64,000 nt of DNA from Candidatus Velthaea sp. (GTDB lineage: Bacteria; Vulcanimicrobiota; Vulcanimicrobiia; Vulcanimicrobiales; Vulcanimicrobiaceae), in the NCBI GenBank assembly GCA_965214935.1, contig CBDCCS010000018.1, positions 96,001-160,000 of the forward strand. Direction: 5' to 3'. The position numbers were made by a program, and so were the translations under genes. Positions 58,564-64,000 of the stretch are shown piece by piece; the stretch's first letter is position 1, and every line of letters begins with the position of its first letter. The notes beneath the pieces were generated by a model. It was given only the letters and a program-made list of their open reading frames with translations. It was not told the origin of the DNA and made no database searches.

Positions 58564-60092
58564 ACCGGCAACGCTGCATCGATCCGCGGAAACAACGCCG
58601 CGCCTGGATTTGTTTGCGTGTTATTTGCCAGGCCGCCCCAGTTCAATTCGTCGCGCCAAAGCACTTCGGGCGTATCGGGCAACCCGAGCTGACGCCACAT
58701 CTCGGTTGCTTTTTCGGGCATGAACGGATGGGTTAGAATCGCTAGCCAGCGTAAGCCTTCGCACAAATCATAGAGCACGGCGTCGAGTTGATCGCCCAAG
58801 CCCGCTTTGAACAACGCCCAGGGTTTACGTTCTTCGATCTCGCGATTGAGCGCCGTTACGAGTTCCCAGATTGCTTCGAGCGCCTCGCGGAATTGAAGGT
58901 TGGTCACGCGTTCGTAAACGAGTGTGCCAAGGTCGGCAAATTGTTCGCCGATGCGCGACTCGGTAGCCGGCGGAACGAGGCCGTTGCGGTACTTCTCGAG
59001 CATGGCCAGCGAGCGCCGCAAAAGGTTACCGAGATCGTTGCCGAGATCGCTGTTGTGGCGCGTGCGGAGTTTTTCGTCCGAAACCGTAAAGTCGCTGCCG
59101 AACGGCGCCTCGCGCAGCAAAAAATACCGGATCGAATCAGCGCCGTACGTATCGACCAATGCAAACGGATCGAAAACGTTGCCGAGACTCTTGGACATTT
59201 TCTGACCTTCACTCAAGATCCAGCCATGCGCAAAGACGAGCTTGGGCGCTTCGAGGTCCAGCGCCCACAACATCGCCGGCCAAATCAGCGTATGAAAGCG
59301 CGCGATCTCTTTGCCGACAAGTTGAATACTTGCCGGCCAGACGCGCGCAAATTGCTGCGGATCGTCGAGCCAACCCGTTGCGCTGATGTAATTGATGAGC
59401 GCATCGAACCATACGTACATGACGCCGCCGGGCAACGGTATGCCCCAGTCGAAACTCGTGCGCGAAATCGACAGATCGTCGAGTCCGCCTTCGAGCGTGG
59501 CCATCATTTCGTTCCAGACCGAGACCGGCCGCACGAAATCGCGATGTTCGTTGAAGTACACGATAAGCCGGTCGCGGTATGCCGACAACTTGAAGAACCA
59601 ATCTTGTTCAGATAGCCAGTCGACGGTGCGGCGACATTCCGGATTCGGACAACGGCCCTCGACGAGTTTCGACTCGGGCCAAAACGTCTCGTCGTTGGTG
59701 CAATACCAGCCTTCGTACGTACCGAGATAGACGTCGCCGGTTGCGCGCAAGCGCTCGAACACCGCAATGCATGCGTCGACATGGCGCTTATCGGTCGTGC
59801 GAATGAAATCGTCGAAGCGCGCATCGAAGGTCGGCGCGAGCGACTGCCAGCGCGGCACGAGCGCATCGACGTAGGCTTGCGGCGTCATGCCGGCGCTCGC
59901 GGCGGCGTTCGCAACTTTCTGACCGTGCTCGTCGGCACCGGTAAGCGCATACGCCGGTCCGGCGGTACGCGCCGTCCGCACGAGCACGTCGGCGGCGATG
60001 GTGGTGTATGCGTGGCCGACATGCGGATCGCCGCTAATGTAATAGATTGGCGTGGTGACGAAGAAAGCGCGATCCATCGCTTTCGCCTTCAT
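58560..60092 (-). CDS. metG: Methionine--tRNA ligase (short form, no C-terminal tRNA-binding domain)
   Basis: TTPIYY, PHVGHAY, DEHGQK, YVWFDAL, KMSKSLGN. Confidence 0.97.
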   Translation of the reverse strand: MKAKAMDRAFFVTTPIYYISGDPHVGHAYTTIAADVLVRTARTAGPAYALTGADEHGQKVANAAASAGMTPQAYVDALVPRWQSLAPTFDARFDDFIRTTDKRHVDACIAVFERLRATGDVYLGTYEGWYCTNDETFWPESKLVEGRCPNPECRRTVDWLSEQDWFFKLSAYRDRLIVYFNEHRDFVRPVSVWNEMMATLEGGLDDLSISRTSFDWGIPLPGGVMYVWFDALINYISATGWLDDPQQFARVWPASIQLVGKEIARFHTLIWPAMLWALDLEAPKLVFAHGWILSEGQKMSKSLGNVFDPFALVDTYGADSIRYFLLREAPFGSDFTVSDEKLRTRHNSDLGNDLGNLLRRSLAMLEKYRNGLVPPATESRIGEQFADLGTLVYERVTNLQFREALEAIWELVTALNREIEERKPWALFKAGLGDQLDAVLYDLCEGLRWLAILTHPFMPEKATEMWRQLGLPDTPEVLWRDELNWGGLANNTQTNPGAALFPRIDAALPV

Positions 60093-60937
60093 GCCTTCGA
60101 TACGCTCAAACCTGCGCGTCGCCGATCGCTGATGCGCGCATACAAATGGCGGCGCTCGCCGAAACCGCGCTCGGTCAACGCCTTGGCAATCGCCGATGTG
60201 CTCATGCCCTGACCGATGAGCGTCGCGATTTCCGCATCGATCGCCGCATCGGGTGGCGGCGCGGCTTCGGCGGCGGCGCCCGCATCGAGTACGAAGGCGA
60301 TCTCGCCGCGGATCGGATCGACGAGCGCGGCACCGACGGCGTCGGGGGTGCCGGCGATCTGCTGCTCGTGCAACTTGGTGAATTCACGCACGAGAAACAC
60401 GCGGGCCGCCGGATCGACCGCGGCCAGATCGGTCAACGTCGCGCGGATGCGATGCGGCGACTCGTACCATACCGACGGCTCGCCGCGGCCGAGTGCGGTG
60501 CGAAAGGCCGCCCGGCGCTCGCCGGCCGCACGCGGCGGAAAGCCGGCGAAAGCAAAGCGTCGCACGTCGAATCCCGATAAGACTGCCGCGCAGGCGAACG
60601 CCGTCGGTCCCGGCAGCACATCGACGCCGATTCCGGCTTCGCGAGCCGCGGCGACGAGGGCCGTCCCCGGATCGCTGATCCCGGGCATCCCGGCGTCGGT
60701 CACCACCGCGACGAGCTGCTCGCGCGACCGTTCGAGGATGGCGTGCGTTGCCGTCGCCGCGTTATGCTCGTGATACGTCCAGAGTTCGCGACCCGGCAGA
60801 TCGTATGCCGAAAGCAGACGGCGTGCAACACGCGAATCCTCAGCGACGATGAGCGTTGCTTCGCGCAACACGTCCAGTGCGCGCAGCGTAATGTCGCGGA
60901 GGTTGCCGAGCGGCGTCGGCACGAACACGAGGGGCAT
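60089..60937 (-). CDS. rsmI: 16S rRNA (cytidine1402-2'-O)-methyltransferase
   Basis: VPTPLGNL.DIT.RA, AEDSR, DAGMPGISDPG, YESPHR, REFTKLHE, RGE; start MPLVFV at 60937. Confidence 0.95.
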   Translation of the reverse strand: MPLVFVPTPLGNLRDITLRALDVLREATLIVAEDSRVARRLLSAYDLPGRELWTYHEHNAATATHAILERSREQLVAVVTDAGMPGISDPGTALVAAAREAGIGVDVLPGPTAFACAAVLSGFDVRRFAFAGFPPRAAGERRAAFRTALGRGEPSVWYESPHRIRATLTDLAAVDPAARVFLVREFTKLHEQQIAGTPDAVGAALVDPIRGEIAFVLDAGAAAEAAPPPDAAIDAEIATLIGQGMSTSAIAKALTERGFGERRHLYARISDRRRAGLSVSKA

Positions 60938-62204
60938 GGCTAGCGATTCGGCGCGCGCTGCGCAAACGATTGTGCGCCTCGTCGAACTGCGCGGGCACAT
61001 CTTGGATAGCGGTATTTTTTCGCGCGTGCTCGGCATCCTCACCGACTACGAGCAAACCGCGTATGTCATCGAAGAATTCGATACCGGGCATACAAAAAAC
61101 GACGTGTCGTACGCGCGGCTGCGGATCGAGGCGCAGGCGGACGCCGTGATGCGCGAAGTGCTCGACAAGTTGCGCGACGTCGGCGTTACCGTGTTGACCG
61201 ATCATGATGCCGCGACCGAACCGGCACCGGCAAACGGCGTGCTGCCCGATCTTTTTTACGCTACGACCAATTTTCCGACCGACGTGCGCATTGGGGGCAA
61301 CTGGCTCCCGGCCGCATTGCCGGAGATGGACTGTGCCATCGTCATCGAGCGCGGGGCGGCACGGACCGTCGCGCCGTCGGACGTTCGGGCCGGCGAACCC
61401 GTGGTCGTCGGGCATGAGGGCGTACGCGTGCAGATGCCGCAGCGAGCGCGCAAAAAAGCGGTGTTCGAGTTTATGGCGAGCGCCGTTTCGAGCGAGAAAC
61501 CGCGTCAAGCGCTGCTGGGCGAAGTCGCGCGCGAACTGCTCGGCGTTTTGGCCGGCGGAAAGCGCGTGTTGCTCGTGGGCGGTCCGGCGATCGTTCACAC
61601 CGGCGCCGGGCCGTATCTTGCCGAACTGGTGCGCGACGGTTACGTGAACGCGATCTTCGCCGGAAACGCGCTGGCGGTGCACGATATGGAGTCGCAGTTT
61701 TTCGGGACGTCGCTCGGCGTTAATTTGCACGATGCGTTTCCCGCCGAGGAAGGCCACGTGCATCATCTGCGCACGGTCAACCGGCTGCGTGCCGCGGGTG
61801 GAATCCAAGCGGCGATCGATAGCGGGCTGCTGACCGGCGGAATTATGTTCGAGGCGTTCAAGAAGCAGATTCCGGTCGTGCTGGCCGGTTCGATTCGCGA
61901 TGACGGTCCGATCCCCGACGTCATTACCGATGTCGTCGAATGTCAACGCGCGATGCGCCGGCATGTGCCCGAGATCGGGATGGCGCTGTTGGTTTGCACG
62001 TTGCTGCACTCGATTGCCGTCGGTAATCTGCTCCCGGCGACCTGTAAGACAATTTCGGTCGATATCAATCCCTCGAGCGTAACGAAATTAACCGATCGCG
62101 GCTCGCATCAAACGCTGGGTATCGTCATGGATGCATCGTCGTTTTTACGCGAGCTGACGCTCGCCATTCATGCCGTCGAAGCGTCTGCGCCACCGGCAAG
62201 CTAG
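60936..62204 (+). CDS. TIGR00300 / LOR-SDH-domain protein, putative ornithine cyclodeaminase
   Basis: ELRGHILDS, FYATTN, EMDC, FEFMASAVSSE, GPAIVHTG, GNALAVHD.E, LAGSIRDDGP, LHSIAVGN, KLTDRGS. Start is ATG 60936 or GTG 60972. Confidence 0.9.
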   Translation: MASDSARAAQTIVRLVELRGHILDSGIFSRVLGILTDYEQTAYVIEEFDTGHTKNDVSYARLRIEAQADAVMREVLDKLRDVGVTVLTDHDAATEPAPANGVLPDLFYATTNFPTDVRIGGNWLPAALPEMDCAIVIERGAARTVAPSDVRAGEPVVVGHEGVRVQMPQRARKKAVFEFMASAVSSEKPRQALLGEVARELLGVLAGGKRVLLVGGPAIVHTGAGPYLAELVRDGYVNAIFAGNALAVHDMESQFFGTSLGVNLHDAFPAEEGHVHHLRTVNRLRAAGGIQAAIDSGLLTGGIMFEAFKKQIPVVLAGSIRDDGPIPDVITDVVECQRAMRRHVPEIGMALLVCTLLHSIAVGNLLPATCKTISVDINPSSVTKLTDRGSHQTLGIVMDASSFLRELTLAIHAVEASAPPAS

Positions 62205-62326
62205 ACGCGGCGCATCCTGGCGAGTCGCGGCAGTATCGTGCAAACAGCGGACGAACGGCGCAACAAGCGCCCGAGCACCGCTCATTGCGCGACATCGGTC
62301 GTCGCAAGGGCTGGTGCAACGGATGT

Positions 62327-63482
62327 TTAGGCGTTGAGCGCCGCTTCGGTGCGGGTGAGCAGACGGAAGCCGATCGCGAGCGCCGCCAGAGTTCCGACAA
62401 CGGGCAGGATACCGACGGCGTGCACGTTCTTGGTGAGAATGAGCGTTGCGACGATGGGCGCAATGATGAACGCGAGATTACTGAGCGAATCGTTGATGCC
62501 GAACAGGGCGCCCCGGATTTCGGCCGGTGCCGCTCGTGAGATGAGCGCCGTAAAGCTGGGCCGGATCAGCGAGCCGGACAGCGCCCAAAACAGGACGACG
62601 ACATACAACGTCGGCGTCGACGTAACGTAGGGCACGAATGCGTATGCGATCAGTGCGCAGCACAACCCGGCAATCGCGATACGGCCTTCGCCGAAACGTT
62701 CGACGAGCCGGCCGATTGCAAATGCTTGAACGCCGATACTGACGACCGCCGATAAGACGAAGATGAAGCTGGACTGCGAGGGCCCGTAGCCCAGCACGCG
62801 CTCGACGAACAGCGCGAAAATCGAGATCCAGGCATAAAAGGCAAATGAAAACGCGAATTGTGCGAGCAGCAACGCTCCGAGATTCGGTGCGCGTAGCGCG
62901 GTCAGAATCGTTTCGAACTTGACGGCCGAGGTGATGGGTTTGTGCGATTCAGGCAACAGGAACAGCGTTAGAAAGACCGTGGCAATTGCCAGCGCCGCAC
63001 CGAGAAAGAGCGGCACGGCGTAGCCGAAGCGCACCCAGAACGCCCGATAGCGCCGGGCCGATGAGAAAGCCGACGCCGAACGTCGCACCGACTAAACCGA
63101 AGGCGCGCGCGCGCTCCTGCGGCGTCGTCACGTCGCTGACGTACGCTTGCGTGACGCCGAGCCCGCCGCCGCCGAGACCCTCGATTGCGCGCGCGACATA
63201 AATGACCCACAACGCGCCGCCGAAGCCGAGCATGAGAAAGCCGATCGCACTGGCGATTTGTGCGGCCAGCAAAACCCCTTTGCGCCCGATCCGATCGCTC
63301 AGCCGTCCCCAGAGCGGCGCAGCGAACAACGCGAAGAACGCGACCGTCGAGTAGATGAGGCCGACGGCGACGGGCGAAGCGCCGTAATGCTCGGCATAAT
63401 ACGGCAGAATCGGAATGAGCATGGTGAAGCCCAGAACGTCGACGAGCGTAATGCCCAGGATCGGTATCAAGGCTTTGTTCAC
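62327..63482 (-). CDS. TetA/DHA1-like MFS transporter, frameshift at 63034-63036
   Basis: DVLGFTMLIPILP, WGRLSDRIGRK, AYVSDVT, GFLIGPA. Removing one G joins GPALSGVL to VRFGYAVPLF. Confidence 0.88.
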
Positions 63483-64000
63483 TACGGCTTGTGAACCGGC
63501 CGAGCGGCGCTCTCCTGTTCGGTGGGGTGCAAGGCCGTTCCGGCTGCGCTCGTCACCGGCGTCGCCGTCCAAACACGGTACGTTGCATTGCGATAGCGGC
63601 TGGCCCAATCGGCCGAGAGTTCCAATGCTTGTTCCAGCGGCGATGCCGTCTCGACGAGCACAACGTCGACCTGGCGGCGGTGCAAGGTTGCGTCCCAGCC
63701 GGGCTTGATCTCGATGACCTGCCCGAAGTCTTGCCAAACCGACGGCGGATACGGATCGGCACGGCCGTCGAGAAACACGCGCTGCGGTCCGTCCAAGAGG
63801 AAGCTACACGAAGCGAAATCCGAGCAGAACACGTTGTGGCGGCCATCGAGCGCTTGGATCGACGCCAGCGCCGGCACTAAATCGGTCGCGCCGTCCGGTT
63901 CGGCAGCCGACCGGCCGATCAAGAGTGCACCGATGCCCACGGCGGCAAGTACGGCGAACACAGGAACGAAGCGCTTGAGGCGGCGTTCGATCGACGTTGC
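63482..64000 (-). CDS. C-terminal part of a membrane protein (VFLDGRADPY motif, GT-C-like), 5' end outside the window
   Basis: Open frame to the window edge, TM segment, VFLDGRADPYP; TAG overlaps the GTG of the next gene. Confidence 0.7.
   Translation of the reverse strand, partial: ATSIERRLKRFVPVFAVLAAVGIGALLIGRSAAEPDGATDLVPALASIQALDGRHNVFCSDFASCSFLLDGPQRVFLDGRADPYPPSVWQDFGQVIEIKPGWDATLHRRQVDVVLVETASPLEQALELSADWASRYRNATYRVWTATPVTSAAGTALHPTEQESAARPVHKP

Noticed and set aside
60840..62009. 389-aa minus-strand ORF and similar long antisense or alternative-frame ORFs (3558-4616, 35863-36930, 58788-59615)
   Set aside because: Shadows of well-supported genes, expected in high-GC DNA.

Overview
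This is a GC-rich, very compact bacterial chromosomal segment. The gene content (GloVer-repeat protein, several GT-C glycosyltransferases, fused Rieske/cytochrome b) suggests Eremiobacterota/Vulcanimicrobiota, but that placement is inference only. Left to right: BMP-type nucleoside/sugar ABC genes, AI-2E transporter-arginase, an Ldh2-family oxidoreductase, glutaredoxin and glpK-glpD-MFS. An accessory block (10.5-17.8 kb) holds an orphan membrane protein, a TetR/SDR pair and a small-protein/Yip1/giant SARP-STAND regulator module. A tetrapyrrole operon follows: sirC-hemC-hemD' triple fusion, hemB, mobA, hemL, hemA, cobA-hemD, DUF92 and a prenyltransferase/squalene-cyclase-fold gene. Next are an ArnT-like GT and a loosely packed, partly decaying accessory region (29-40.7 kb) of secreted beta-propeller proteins and regulator/oxidoreductase pairs. 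The respiratory region has Rieske plus a cytochrome b/subunit IV/cytochrome c fusion with a PAWY Qo motif, selO, cytochrome c, ccsA-resB, tatC-tatA, polyprenyl synthase and menG. The window ends with a PLD-like gene, two GT-C genes, tatD-metG-rsmI, a TIGR00300 ornithine-cyclodeaminase-like gene and an MFS. I saw no rRNA, tRNA, CRISPR array, transposase or integrase. Five genes are broken by single-base indels in short homopolymers, probably assembly errors. The most unusual signals are apparent CTG/ATA starts at stop-start overlaps in the heme operon, divergent genes whose start codons overlap (CATG), leaderless-type promoters, the SARP-STAND module and the PAWY cytochrome b. I could not establish a clearly new biological system from sequence alone.
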